Source of the DNA: Hydrolagus colliei
Taxonomy: Eukaryota
Assembly: GCA_035084275.1 (NCBI GenBank)
Contig: CM068753.1
Location: forward strand, 13,826,001-13,890,000
DNA: 64,000 bases
Direction of reading: 5' to 3'
Made by a program: the position numbers and the translations under genes. The notes under the pieces are model-generated. The model saw nothing but the letters and a program-made list of their open reading frames with translations. It made no database searches and was not told the origin of the DNA. The first letter of the stretch is position 1; every line of letters begins with the position of its first letter. Shown here in pieces: positions 23,991 to 36,462 of this stretch.

Positions 23991-25562
23991 GGCGGCTGTA
24001 GCCTGCCTCAGTATGTACCTTGCGTTGGTCGGGTGTGGATGTGCCTGGAGGCTTGAGGTTGGATAGCCTGTGGATGGATTCCCCTAACCCTTTTTTCCCA
24101 TTACTTATTAAGGTTACCGAACGCGATTTTACCGAGTACGCTGTTTTCCAGCAACGTAACACCCGCGTTCAGCTGTACTGGCTATAAAAGGAGAGTATGT
24201 TTATTTTTAAAAAATTAATTAAGCAAATGGACTTATATTGACATCTCATTAGTGTGCTGTTTACAGGAAATTGTGGATGTTATAATTATTTCCTTGTTCA
24301 TATTGATCAAATTATGTACCAGAAATTCTGACTCCACTGCAGCAATCTTATTCCAAGTGGGTTTGACTAAAAACACTCATCAGAAGATTGTTTACAACAA
24401 TTAGACTGACCTTGATTTCTCTTGTTAAATATTTTAATATTAATACTAACAAGCCACCAGGTAGCTCTTTAGATCAAATGTTTTTGTTTATCAGAAAGAC
24501 TCAGAATGGAGAAACACTTTTAAATGCAAAGTCTATGAAGAGCTCTTTTTGAAACACATATAAAACCTTTATTGACATAACAGTGTCTGAAATAATATGG
24601 GACCAGGAACGTGTTGACTCATAAACTATGAATATTATTAATTCCATTGGTAGGTTTGTGAACACATTTATACCAGTGTTCAGACGGATAAATTTGATTT
24701 TCATTTGAGTTTGTAGCTGCTTCATTCAAAACCCCCAGTTTTAGATCATATGGATAAATCTGAGATTTGTTGCTTTTTGTTGAAGTGGTCTCCCACAAAA
24801 GAGATGCCTTTATTATCGATGTTAAAAGGATGACTTCATCTAGTGTTATGATTCACATCACAATATTTCAATGGGCAGGAATTTTCCATTTGTATTTGAT
24901 TAACACTTGAGGCTGTCCCAGAATGGATTGTTGGTCCGAATAAGAAATGCCATTGTTATTAAATGATGGAATAAAATGCCAGACCTTTCTTACAAGGAAG
25001 TCTCCTGATGTGAAAGGTGTACAAGTGTCATTTTGTTGTTATTGTTGTTGTCTACATCGCTTACGGTACTTGTCTGCCTGACCCAGAAAAGCTCTTCTTG
25101 CATTGGTTACAAGTTCTATTAAAAGGACAAGAATGTTGTGCTTAGTTTTCAAAGACAGCAAGCAATTACAATGTGTCAATATTTGATTATTCTCTTGCCT
25201 ATGCTTTAATTAGTGCTCTTCTGTTAACTGGGAACTGTATTGTAACCAGAAAGTCTTTCACCTGGGATTATTCTTACAATGGTGTGGGTGAGGTGGGGGG
25301 TGGGGGGGGGGGGGGAGGATGGAATTTGTGGCTTGTCCAAGAATCTCAGTAAAATTTACTGCTTTTTCTATTAATTACGTGGTACATTTGTTTCTTTTCT
25401 ACTGATTCAATGCACGTTACAGAATACAGTAGTCACTCCAGTACGCATTCTCAGAGCTCTTGCCAACCTGTGCCTGATTTAGAGGAAACCCAGTTGAGTA
25501 AAACTAATTCAAATGAACTGTAGTATGAAATTTAGTAAATAATATCACTTTAAAATAAATTA

Positions 25563-25727
25563 ATATTTCAATCTACGACTGTTTGTGGGACATTGCTGTG
25601 CTCAATTGGCTGCCGCGATTCACCCACAAGTATACAGTCAATTTACTTTACAGTATATTCTGTGAAGCGCTTTGAGCTATCGATAAGCTGTGAAAAGCTC
25701 TTTATCAAATGCAAGGATTATTATTGC
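25563..25727 (+). mobile_element. tRNA/Deu SINE 3' half
   Basis: ATTTCAATCTACGACTGTTTGTGGGACATTGCTGTG...CAAATGCAAGGATTATTATT. Confidence 0.85.
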
Positions 25728-25814
25728 ATAATAATCCCTTGATGCTTTGATTTAAATAATTGAATCTATCCTTTTATGTTATCATCTTTAATTTGTAAAG
25801 TAGATGTCTGTTCT

Positions 25815-25862
25815 GGCAGAGACATGATGGGCCGAATGGCCTCCTTCTGTGCTGTATAATTT
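25815..25862 (+). mobile_element. CR1 extreme 3' end
   Basis: GGCAGAGACATGATGGGCCGAATGGCCTCCTTCTGTGCTGTATAATT. Confidence 0.7.
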
Positions 25863-27674
25863 TACGTGTAATTCTTCTATCTAAATCTTTAAATATATAT
25901 TCTTTTTAATCATAGTTTCTTTGATATTTTCCTTTTATTTCTGTGTGCCTACTGCTTTTCTTTTATAACTGGTTTATTTTGGTAACATTTGCTTTTAGTT
26001 GTGCACGTGTCTCTATTTATGATTGTACAAAAGAATTGCCCCTATACGTGGCTCTGTCAAGAAAAGATGGGATGATGTAAGATTATTTGGAAACATTCCA
26101 GGAAGTTCAACAGGAGAAGATGCAGCCATGCTGAGGCTATAAATGGCTGCGTGGTGGTTGAAGTCAGGTGGGAAGTGTTTACATCTGTAGTGGACATCTG
26201 GAGTCGATCTGAAACGATTTGTGGTTGAAATAGACATCTGGAGCTGGATAGTGAGAAAAGGAGACAACTGGACACCTTGGGACCAATGGGGAGAAATACC
26301 AGTGCTTTAATTAGGTTTGTTGGCAGTAGTGAACACAGATAGGTCGCCAGGTTCTACTACTATCTGTCAATCCACGCTTGTGATACAGTATATACTTCTC
26401 AAAATTACATACAGTATTGTACTGTACTTTGTAACAAAGCATTATATAATTTTGGGGGACTATATCAATTTTAATGCTGATGGCGATCTCTCTGCATTCA
26501 CCATATGAGGATTTGAAATTATCTTTGCTTTTAGTTCATTATTAGGATTGCAATAAAACACTACTGTTCCTTTGTTGATTCATCCCAATTGTATCTATTG
26601 CATAATGTTTGTACTCAATTAGAGGATGCTTCTCTACCAAGTAGCAGAGCAGAGCAGAAAGATTATTTGTCCACTTGCTTCATGATGTTTTGGCAGGAGC
26701 AGTGATTCACACAAAGCTAGCTGAGCGCTGCTTTCTTCCTCTTTCCGTGGTTCCTTATAAGTGTATTAGAAATGGAAGACCTTAGATGCTTTCCAAGGAG
26801 AGAAGAGTGAATCTTGCCTGGTGACCCATGCAGTTACTATTACAAATGGAAATTCTGGTATTTTGTTTATTCTGGTATTTTGATGGTTTATTGTTGATTA
26901 ACCTTTAATATTAAATACAGATACTAACTAAATGGTAACTTTGGTATTTGACAGTTGACTGTTATGTTGTGGATTATATATCAGCGATGTATTTTCAAAT
27001 GTTGAATCTATAGCTATAAAATAAGTTCTCAAAATTGTTACTTAAACAATAAGCACATGACTCTTTAACCTCCTTTAATTTTATATGGGTTTCCCATATT
27101 TTTATATACTGTGACCTATTTGGAAATTATTACTACATACTATATAACTCAGGATTTTGATGATTTAGAGTTAAGACTGCAGGCTGAGAACATTTAATAT
27201 TCTCCACTCTGTCGTTATGATTCAGATAAATAATTCAACTGTCTTGGTCAAGTACCATTGGCAAATACCCACAGGAAGGATGTTGAATCCATTCCCTGTC
27301 AAAGTTGAAACATCAAGCTGCAATGTTGATAGAGCATTAGCAGGAAATAGGAATCATGATGCATGACAATTTTCTGAAAATATTTTGGGGGGGACTGTAC
27401 TAATTATTCTGAATCATGGACAAAATTCATTTCATTGGTTGATTGCATTTTGGAAATGTATCTCCTCACAGGCAAATATATAATACATTGCAAATCGTAA
27501 CTCCCTTACTCCATTGGTAACGGACAATATAAATTGCAAGGGACTCGAAACACAGGTTTTTAAGTTAATAAAAATTGGTGGACTTTGTGTCCCTCACATC
27601 AGGGACACTCACATACCAGGCTGTCACTCTAAACTAGTGGTGTGGGCGAGGGGGCCGGCAACACAGGTTTGTTG

Positions 27675-27937
27675 GAGGTGAGACCTGTGTTTAAATCCAG
27701 GCATATCAGGGTGAAACCTTGGGCAAGTTTCCTTACTCCACACCCCTAGCAATAATCCGTCCAAAAGAACACAAATAAAATTGGTCATTTCAGTCCACGA
27801 CTGTTTGTGGGACACTGCTGTGCGCGGTTGGCTGCCGCGTTTCACCCACAGGTGTACAGTCAATTCACTCTACAGTATATTCTGTGAAGCGCTTTGAGAC
27901 GTTGATAAATCAAATGCAAGGATTATTATTATTATTA
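27675..27937 (+). mobile_element. tRNA/Deu SINE lacking the 5' part of the tRNA head
   Basis: Begins at GAGACCTGTGTTTAAATCCAGGC, with family body and tail. Confidence 0.88.
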
Positions 27938-29439
27938 TGCTAACTGAAAGTTTGAGTTATTCTGTGTTGACATTTGAGAGGTCCTCCTGATGTGAAAGAT
28001 GCTATGAAAATGTAGTTTGTTATTGTTGTCTTGTTGATTTCTGTTAAAAAGGCAATAACATGGGACCAGGAGCATGGGATCCATAATCCATTCTTTCCAT
28101 ATACAGTAGCTTGTCCTTAGCAAAGCTCAGTATTGATACTATTTGAACTGAAATTCAAGTATGTTCATGGAAAGTGTTTTTGCTGCTGTTCCTCACCTGC
28201 ACAAAGTTTTTACAAGTACAGGTGTATTCTTTCATTTGGCTATGCGGATAATAAAAATAATAATCCTTGCAGTTGTTATAGTGCCTTATCACATCTTTGA
28301 GATGTTGCCATTGTTAGTATTTTTATTGAATAGCAAAGTTGTGGGTATAGTTGTAATTTCACGTGGAATTACCTTTAATTGTTGCATTCATGTAATACAT
28401 ATTTTAAAAAAAGTAGCCCAGTGACAATTTTTGTGTACTGCAACATTAGCGTTTAAGAAAAAGCACAATTGCAATGATACCGAAATGACTGAAAATATCT
28501 AAACGTGGGCCATTTTTAATTGGTTGTAAACTCTGTAAGGTCATTTGTGAATTATTATTATTACACAGAATTATTTTTGCTCAAAATTAAAACCTAATTT
28601 ATACACCATGGAATGTTGTTGGGCACAGAGTGATCAATAAATCCTCAGCACTGAATATTGCATGATCATCCAGCAAACAGAGCCAGTATTGAAACTTCCA
28701 TGAGAGATGACTTGTCTATTGTCCTGGTTGAGAACTGACTGAATTTATTTAACTGATACAAGGCCTGGAACTTGAACTTTGTGTACTTCTGGTTTGGTGC
28801 CAAGCCCCAAACTGATTTGAACTGTTCGGTCACCCATACTGGAGGAATGATTTATCATTATGATATTTTGACAGTGTTGCATGTGATTATGCAGTTTTTG
28901 ACTTGATGTATAAAAGTAGAGTGACAATTAAGATGAAGAAATAAAATCTAGCAGAAAAAATTATGGTGGGTTGAATTTTCAGTGCAGTTTTAAGTATAAC
29001 AACCAGGGATAACCTTGACGACTTTCATTATTTTATGACATTTTCACATTCTGCTGAATTTTGAATGTTGAGGTATTATTTCTATCATGGTTTTGATGGA
29101 GCGGTTCTATTATTTGATGTACAGGTACATGTGTTAATGCGTTTCAACATTGGATAATTGTGTATTTATGCAACTAAAATTGTATGTACAGTATATCCTA
29201 GTCTGTCTGAAAATCTCTGTATGTAAAGAATATATACAGTTGGACATACTCCAAAACTGTGGCAAGTTGGATTTATGGGGGAGGGGTCCAATCCCGCAAA
29301 TTGGAAATTACAGCTAAACAATGAAATTGAATGATAACTGATTGAATTTTTACTGAAACAAACCCTAGACCTTCAACTTTGTAACCTTTTGGTTCAGAGC
29401 CAAATCCTGAATGAATTATGCTGCCTGATCACCCGCATG

Positions 29440-29649
29440 ATAATACTAATCCTTGAATTTGATACAGCGTTTCTCACATCTTCTAGACATCTAAAAGCGC
29501 TTCACAGAATATACTGTAAACTGAATTGACTATTTTTGTGGACGAAATGCAGCAGCCAATTACACACAGTAATGTCCCACAAACAGTAGATTGAAATGAC
29601 CAATTTTATTGTTTTTTTTTTGAGTAATTATTATCAGGCGTGTGGAGTA
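29440..29649 (-). mobile_element. 5'-truncated tRNA/Deu SINE
   Basis: Reverse family motifs from the tail to GTGTGGAGTA, where the sequence breaks into a palindrome. Confidence 0.85.
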
Positions 29650-29651
29650 GA

Positions 29652-29693
29652 ATTCCTTTGAATTTAAAACATTTGTTTTAAATTCAAAGGAAT
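29652..29693. repeat. Perfect inverted repeat (20-bp arms, 2-nt loop)
   Basis: ATTCCTTTGAATTTAAAACA-TT-TGTTTTAAATTCAAAGGAAT. Confidence 0.95.
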
Positions 29694-31084
29694 ATTTATT
29701 CTGTAAATACAGTAAGTAGAATTTTCAAAATCCCATAAACTATATTAACTTGTCTTTGAGCAGCATTTTTCTTCTTCCCAATACTTTCAAACTTTATTAG
29801 CTAGCTCGTGGAAATTAGTTTTTTTTTCTATCTGATAGGCCTGTCGGTCTATCAACTCTAGTAATTTTCTTTCAGCCTGTGGCTGCTTTGATTCTAAAAG
29901 ATATGTGGACATGTACTCACTTATCAAAGATATAGAATTGTAATTTTAATCATCCTTCATCTTCTGTACTATAATATTTAAAACTTTATTCACTGCTTAA
30001 AGCTGAAACGTTAGATTTTATTAAAATTAAAAATAGAAAATGCTCTAAATCCATATTAAGTCTAGCAACAGCTGAAATAAAGAGCTTCATGGTTTGAGTA
30101 TTTTAAATTTTTATTTTTAAGTTAATTTTATGTGTAGGTTCATAGAACTGTTTACTTTTTTCCAAAAAAGGTTTTATTTTAACTCTAGCAAATGTACTTA
30201 AGACTTTTTTTTTCTAATTCATTGGTGTTTATCGTTCGCATATTGTCGTTGCTAATATTGAAATTGCAACAAATCAACTGGCTGATTGAAAAATAACACA
30301 ATATTGGATTAAAGTGTGTTAGTCAATTAAACTTGTGGTAGACAGTAACGTCTAGGCTTATACATGAAGCATGGCTTCTTTGGCAAGGTATTGGAGGATA
30401 GCTGACAGCCGTGGAACTGTCCTTAGATGGGGGAACATTTTGAAGAAAAGATAAAAAAAAGGATAAAAAGATTTATTTACATTATTCAGCACTATCTAGA
30501 CCTGAGATGGTAGCTGATATGCCAGGGCAATGTCACATAGACTATTCATTTGAAGTTTTCATATAGCTCTTTGAACTATTTCAATAGTACATCGACATTG
30601 CTCAGCATTGAGTAGTGTGAAGTGTTTTCCTTTCTGGAAAAGGAGGAGTGAAAAATATTTGGAGAAAATCAACCAAGACTCATGATCAAATATTCAAGCT
30701 TGTTCTTGGGTTTTAGTTGATTAAACTATGAAAAGACGGTGAGACAGTTTAATGAGCATGATCTCCCCCTGAGAGCCAACAATGGACCCACATGTTTGCA
30801 GTAGCAATTCTCTCCTTGATGTGTACATCATGTTGATCTGGTAGCATCCATGACGAGCTCCATGTCAGCCCACAGTTCAGTGAAACCATCTTACAAGATT
30901 GTTGTAAAGGCCAATCTGTTTGAAAACCAGATTGCCCCCATTGCCCATTTTGAAGAAAAGAAGATAAATAAAAGCTGTTAAAATTGGGAGAAAAAGTTAA
31001 AAGATAAAAAATGGATTGAAATAGTACTGGATTAATAGAATTGTAGGATTGAATAAAAAAACTTCAATTTTAAGAATGGTGAAA

Positions 31085-31796
31085 GAATAGAGAGACCTGG
31101 GGTATATGTGTAAGTAAATCTTTGAAGATGGCAGGGCAGGTAGATAAGGCTGTTGAAAAAGCATATGGGATACTAGGCTTTATAAATAGGGGCATAGTGG
31201 ACAAAAGTCAAGAAGTTATTAACCTGTATAAAACGTTGGTTAGGCCTCAGCTAGAGTACTGTGTTGAGTTCTGGGACCACACTTTAGTAAGGATGTTAAG
31301 GCATTGAAAAGGGTGCAGAGGAGATTTACTAGGTTGGTACCAGGAATGAGGGATATGAGGAAAGGCTAGAGAGGCTAGGATTATTTTCATTGGATCAGAG
31401 AAGGTTACGAGAAGACCTAATAAAGGTTTTCAAAATCATGAGGGAATTCAATAGGATAAACAGGGAAAAACAGTTTCCATTGGTAGTTGTGGCAGTGACT
31501 GGAGGTCACAGATTTAAAATAGTTTCTAAAAGAAGCAGAGGGGAGTTGAGGAGAATTTTTTTCATGTAGCGAGTTGTTTGATTCTGGAATGTATTGCCTG
31601 AAAGGTTGGTGGAGGCCGATTCGACAACAACTTTTAAAAGAGAGGCGGATGGTTATTTGGGGAAGACAAGTTTGCACGGTTATGGGGGGAGAGCCGGGGA
31701 GTGGGATCGACTTTGAATAGCTCTTTTCAAAGAGCTGGCACAGAATTGATGGACTCCTTTTGTGCTGTACAATTCTATGATTCGATGATTCTATGA
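31085..31796 (+). mobile_element. CR1 LINE 3' ~700 bp (ORF2 C-terminus and 3' UTR)
   Basis: Peptide QVDKAVEKAYGILGFINRGI...NLYKTLVRPQLEYCVEFW, typical of CR1 ORF2, with terminal (ATTCTATG)n-like repeats. Confidence 0.92.
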
Positions 31797-32587
31797 AATT
31801 AGTAAAAAGGGAAGTTTTAGAAATCTGGAATTAGAGGGATAAGGATAAGGAAAAAGAGAAAAATAACCTTGACTGTAACAAAAAGTTATCGTGTTGAATA
31901 TCGAGTTGAGGTGAATAGAACTACATAGAAAAATACAAAAAAAATTGAAGTGCAGTTATATAACATTTTTCTATTTCAAATGAGAGATAATATACAAATT
32001 TGCTTTTTTAAAAAACCAGTTACAGCAGAATAGAATAAAAAATTGTGAGAATATTGAACACTGTTCACTGACTTTATTTGTTTTGGTACTGTATATACAT
32101 TGCAGTAACCTTGGAATATTTCAATCTTGCTTCTATCTCGGTGTTGGTACTCACAAACAACTGAAAACAAGCGTTTGCATGAGTAGCCCTTAGTGGCAGA
32201 TGCTGAAGCAGCTCAACCTTGTCTCCCTTATCTCCAAATCTGTATCATTAACATCTTGTCAGAGAATCTTGATACATGCTTACAGGGGTAGAGACTTGCA
32301 TAATGCTGAAATAATAGTAATTAAATCAGTTTGCAGATTAGAAAGGCCAACAATGCTGACCTTTTGGGAATTACAGATAAAGGAATAATGGACCTTACAG
32401 CCTTGTGGTATGGACATGTCAAATTGTTATAGAAAATGACCGTGCCTGTCTTGATTATTGTATTAATACTTTGCCTCATTTTCTTTAAATCAGCAAGTTA
32501 CACTGAAATCATAAGACTTTATAATTATACTAGTTGGACAGTTGATCATACCTATTTTTCCCTCCTCTCTTCACTAAAAAAACACAG

Positions 32588-32729
32588 ATGGTCCAAGTAG
32601 TCCCTGTGAGATGGCTGAACCTGCAAGAGTACCAGAGCAAAAAACTCATGGCGGATCATGGGGTCACAGTTCAGCGGTTCTTTGTCGCTGATTCCTCAAA
32701 TGATGCCTTGGAGGCTGCTAAGAGACTGA
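32588..32729 (+). CDS. SUCLG2: SUCLG2 coding exon (probably exon 2): end of mitochondrial presequence and start of mature succinyl-CoA ligase [GDP-forming] beta subunit
   Basis: Translates MVQVVPVRWLNLQEYQSKKLMADHGVTVQRFFVADSSNDALEAAKRL, matching the recalled vertebrate SUCLG2 N-terminus (RWLNLQEYQSKKLM..NGV.VQRFFVAD...EALEAAKRL). Acceptor cacAG at 32586-87 and donor GTaagt at 32730. Length 142 nt, ending in phase 1. Confidence 0.96.
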
Positions 32730-33069
32730 GTAAGTTTGGTAATGTTGGGCAGAATTTCCAACAGCGTGAAAGCAATTCTGCACTGCGAAATAAACAATTG
32801 CTTGCAGATAACTTTTGATGTTATATTTCATGGTGTTAGTAACCTTGATCAAGACACCTAAGATCTGATGAGATTAGTCATTCCCATACCGTATCTCCAA
32901 AGGCCCATTTGTACAGCACATGAATGCACTCCTCAGGTTGATGAGCGTGTTATAAATTAGTTTGATTAAAAACATTTCAATGCAATTGCTTATTTTTGCA
33001 AAAGATGGCAATAAAAATGTTTAACGCGAACTCGATTTGAAAAAAATTCACTTTACTATCTGTTTGTTG

Positions 33070-33240
33070 TAGTTCCCCTCAGCTGTATAGTGTGGAACTG
33101 AGTCATACAGATCCAGAAAGTCCTATGGTTGATTCTCATTCTGCATTGTTCTGTGCCAATGCAGCAATAGGGGTCCTACATTTCATCTCAGAGCTGCTGG
33201 GCTTCGGAGGCAAACCTTAGTAAGGTTTTCTACTCATGCT
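33070..33240 (+). mobile_element. Ancient tRNA-derived SINE remnant (AmnSINE2-like)
   Basis: ACTGAGTCATACAGATCCAGAAAGTCCTATGGTTGATTC...GCAATAGGGGTCCTACATTTCATCTCAGAGCTGCTGGGCT resembles a recalled ancient vertebrate SINE consensus. Highly decayed. Confidence 0.4.
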
Positions 33241-34659
33241 TGCTGTTGAGTGACTTTTTTTTTAAAGTACACACCTGTAGGCATCACTATAACATTGGCA
33301 TAGAGGAGGAACAATGTAGGAGATCTCTGAGATCCCAAGAGTTCATAAGCCATCAGCTGCAGCAGAGAGAGAGAACACTGAACACAAATTTTGTGGAAGA
33401 CCACAAAATTAGAGGTACACACTGTCATGCCCTGTCAAATGCTTAGGGTATTTCTCAGGTGATGAAAAATTAATCACCAAAGCAGTCATGAATAAAGTTC
33501 CTAGATGAAAGTCTGCAGAAAAATCTTGTGTCTATGTGATTGGGACCATCTACTAATGTTTACTGAAATGAAAGGAAATTGAAAAATAATTACAGTATTT
33601 ATAAAAAGATTATCATGTTGTTTCACTTTTGCATATAATTCACAGTTTCCTTTCACTTCTAGAAACATCACTGGATGATCTTAGCAAGCATCGAAACAAA
33701 TCTATTTTTCTGCAGCTGAGAATAAACAGTAAACGTTAGTGGTAAACTTTCCATTTGAAAGCAGGTGATAACTTCACCGGAGACTTGTGTGTTTATCCTT
33801 TTATCTTATATCTTGCAATATATTAGCCCATCGTAAAATCTGATATTGATTGATAGTTTGATGGTTTAAATTTTCATTTGATACCTCATATTAGCAATAC
33901 TTTGTGTTTTAAAGGTATTCAATCAATATACTGATGGATGGGAGTGCTCTATGCAAACAAACAATACTGACAGGCTATGCGGTACACTTATATGAATCTT
34001 CACTGTTTATGATCTGATCACAAATATTGCTAGTAAGGAAAATAATAAAAGTTAAGGCTGTAAAGAAGGTCATTAATTCCACTGAAGGTCACCGCTCTAC
34101 CTACTAAATTCAAACTGAATACTTTTACAGGAGACTTATATTAGCTATATTCATGTGATCTACAGTTTAGCTATCTTATGAAGATAAATATTGTCAGATT
34201 TGACACTGAAATTTGGACTAGCAAATTTGATTAGTCAGCCTGGCAGCAAGAGCCAGGAGATTAGTTCAGGCTCTGACCACAGTCTTCTGGGTTTATTGTG
34301 AGTAGAAGTCAGATCCAGGGAATTTGGAACCTGGAAATGTGGCCAAAATTATTTTCACGCAAAACTCTGTGACATCATAGGGTGTGTGAATGATACACAT
34401 TATTGGTTTTGTAACAGTATTCAGTTTTACTTTGAAACTCTCTTCGCCTATGATTTTGCTTCTACTGACATAACATAACAGGAAATTACAGTTTTTTTCT
34501 TCCAAATAAACAGGTTCTTCTTAAAACTATCAGAGAATTGCAGAGCCATGACTGCAAAGATGCAGTTGTCACATACTCTACATGTGTACATCTCTACACC
34601 TTCCTCAAACTGTACTTCCTGTACCTGGGCTTGGTGAAGGGAGTACAATTTCCAAGTTT

Positions 34660-35598
34660 GCAGCTAGGAAAAGTAGTAAACATTGAGGAGGATAGTAGCC
34701 AACTGCAAGAGGCTGTAGACAGACTGGTAAAATGGGCAGATACATGGCAGGTGAAGTTTTATGGGGATAAATGCAAAGTGATACATTTTGGGAGGAAGAA
34801 TGAGGAGAGACAGTACAAGCTACATTGTAGAATCTTAAAAGGTATGAAGGAACAGAGAGACCTGGGGGTTCATATAAGTAAATATTTGAAGGAGGCAGGA
34901 CAGGTAGATAAAACTTTTTAAAAAATCAATGTGATTACACTAGGCTTTATAAATAATAATGATAATAATAATCCTTGCAATTGACTTTTCATTTCTTCTA
35001 GATGTCTCAAAGTGCTTCACAGAATACACTGAAGTGAATTGATGAAATATGTGAGCGAAATAGGGGCATAGAATATAGAAGTCAAGAAGTTATGATGAAC
35101 CTTTGTAAAACACGGGTTAGAGTACTGTGTTCAGTTCTGGACATCACACTTTAGGAAGGATGTCAAGGCATTGGAGAGGGTACAAAGAAGATTCACCAGG
35201 ATAGTACCTAGAATGAGGGACTTTAGTTATAAGGAGAAGCTGGGATTTTTCTCCTTGGAGCAGAAAAGGCTTAATAGAAGTTTTCAAAATTATGGGGATT
35301 CGATAGAGTGAACAAGGAGAAACTATTTCTACGGGGGATGGGTCGGTAACCCAAACACACCAATTTAAAATAGTTGTTAAAAGAAACAGAGGGGAGGTGA
35401 GGAAACATTTTTCACACAGCGAGTTGTTGGATCTGGAATGCATTGCTTGAATGGTTGGTGGAAGCCGATTCAAAAATAACTTTTAAGAGAGAAGTGATCA
35501 TTATTTGGGGAGGACAGGTTTGCAGGGCTATGGGGAGCGAACAGGAGAGTGGAAATCATTTGAATGGCCTCCTACTGTGCAATTCTATGATTCTATGA
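34660..35598 (+). mobile_element. CR1 LINE 3' ~900 bp with a nested reverse SINE 3' fragment (about 34950-35057)
   Basis: Peptide LQEAVDRLVKWADTWQVKF..DKCKVIHFGRKNEERQYKL...EQRDLGVHI (CR1 RT C-terminal region) and 3' ATTCTATGATTCTATGA. Confidence 0.92.
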
Positions 35599-35649
35599 AT
35601 ATCCACTGTGTTAGGCTGCAAAGCTTGTGTTAATACTTGTGTCAATTGG

Positions 35650-36462
35650 AATGCGGGTGGCAGAGTTCTGAATGAGCTATATTTTATGGATTGTGGTGAA
35701 GGGGACACCAGCGAGGAATGCATTTGCGTAGTCCAGCCGAGAGGTGACAAAGGCATGGACCAGAGTTTCAGCGGCTTTTGGGGCAAGGTATTGCTGGAGA
35801 CGGGCAATCCGTCGCAGATGGAAAAAATCAGTGCTGGTGAGGGACCGGATGTGGGGGTCGAAGGACAGTTGGGGGTCCAACCTGACGGCAAGGTTGCATA
35901 CCGGTTTGGAGAGTTTTAGGGGCAGGTCGGGTAAGTGGAGTAGGTGAGAGCTGTGTGACTGAAGATGATGACGGGAGCCAAAGAGTATGGCTTCTGTCTT
36001 GTTAACATTTAGCTACAGGAAATTCACAGTCATCCAGCTCCTGATGTCTCACAGGCAGGCTAACAGAACCTGAGAGGACTGGGGTTCGCAAAGTGAGGTG
36101 GACATATAGAGTAGGATGTCATGTTGGGGAAATATACCCCATGTCTGCGGATGACATCACCAAGAGGGAGCATGTAGATTAGGAAGAGGAGGGGGCCAAG
36201 GATGGATCTCTAGGGTACCCCAAAGGTAACCAGGTGAGAGCGGGAGGAAAAGCCGTTGTGGCGATGTACTGGTGGCGGTTTGTGAGGTAGGACTCGAACC
36301 AGGCGAGTGCGGTCCCACTGAGGTGAATGACGGAGGACAGGTGGTGGAGGAGGGTGCCATGGTTGACTGTATCAAATACGGCTGAGAGGTCAAGGAGGCA
36401 AGGACAGCCCTGATCACAGATAGAGAGGACGTCGTTTGTGACTTTCACAAGCGCAGTCTGTG
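35650..36462 (-). mobile_element. L2 LINE ORF2 (reverse transcriptase) fragment, frameshifted
   Basis: Peptides KVTNDVL..CDQG...LLDLSAVFDTVNH..LL and DPQLSFDPHI...FFHLRRIARL...AETLVHAFVTSRLDYANAFLAG. Confidence 0.92.

Larger units (their letters stand above)
1..32587 (+). other. SUCLG2: Presumed 3' part of SUCLG2 intron 1 (exon 1 not seen in the window)
   Basis: No recognisable presequence-coding exon or host CpG-island promoter upstream of 32588. Inferred from gene structure. Confidence 0.65.

Noticed and set aside
26040-26300. Minus-strand PQGVQLSPFL, resembling an RT PQG motif
   Set aside because: Possibly an ancient LINE remnant, but downstream motifs are too decayed to support a call.
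32730-32818. C-terminal part of the 76-aa ORF 32588-32818
   Set aside because: Similarity to SUCLG2 stops at the GTAAGT donor; the remainder is intron read-through.
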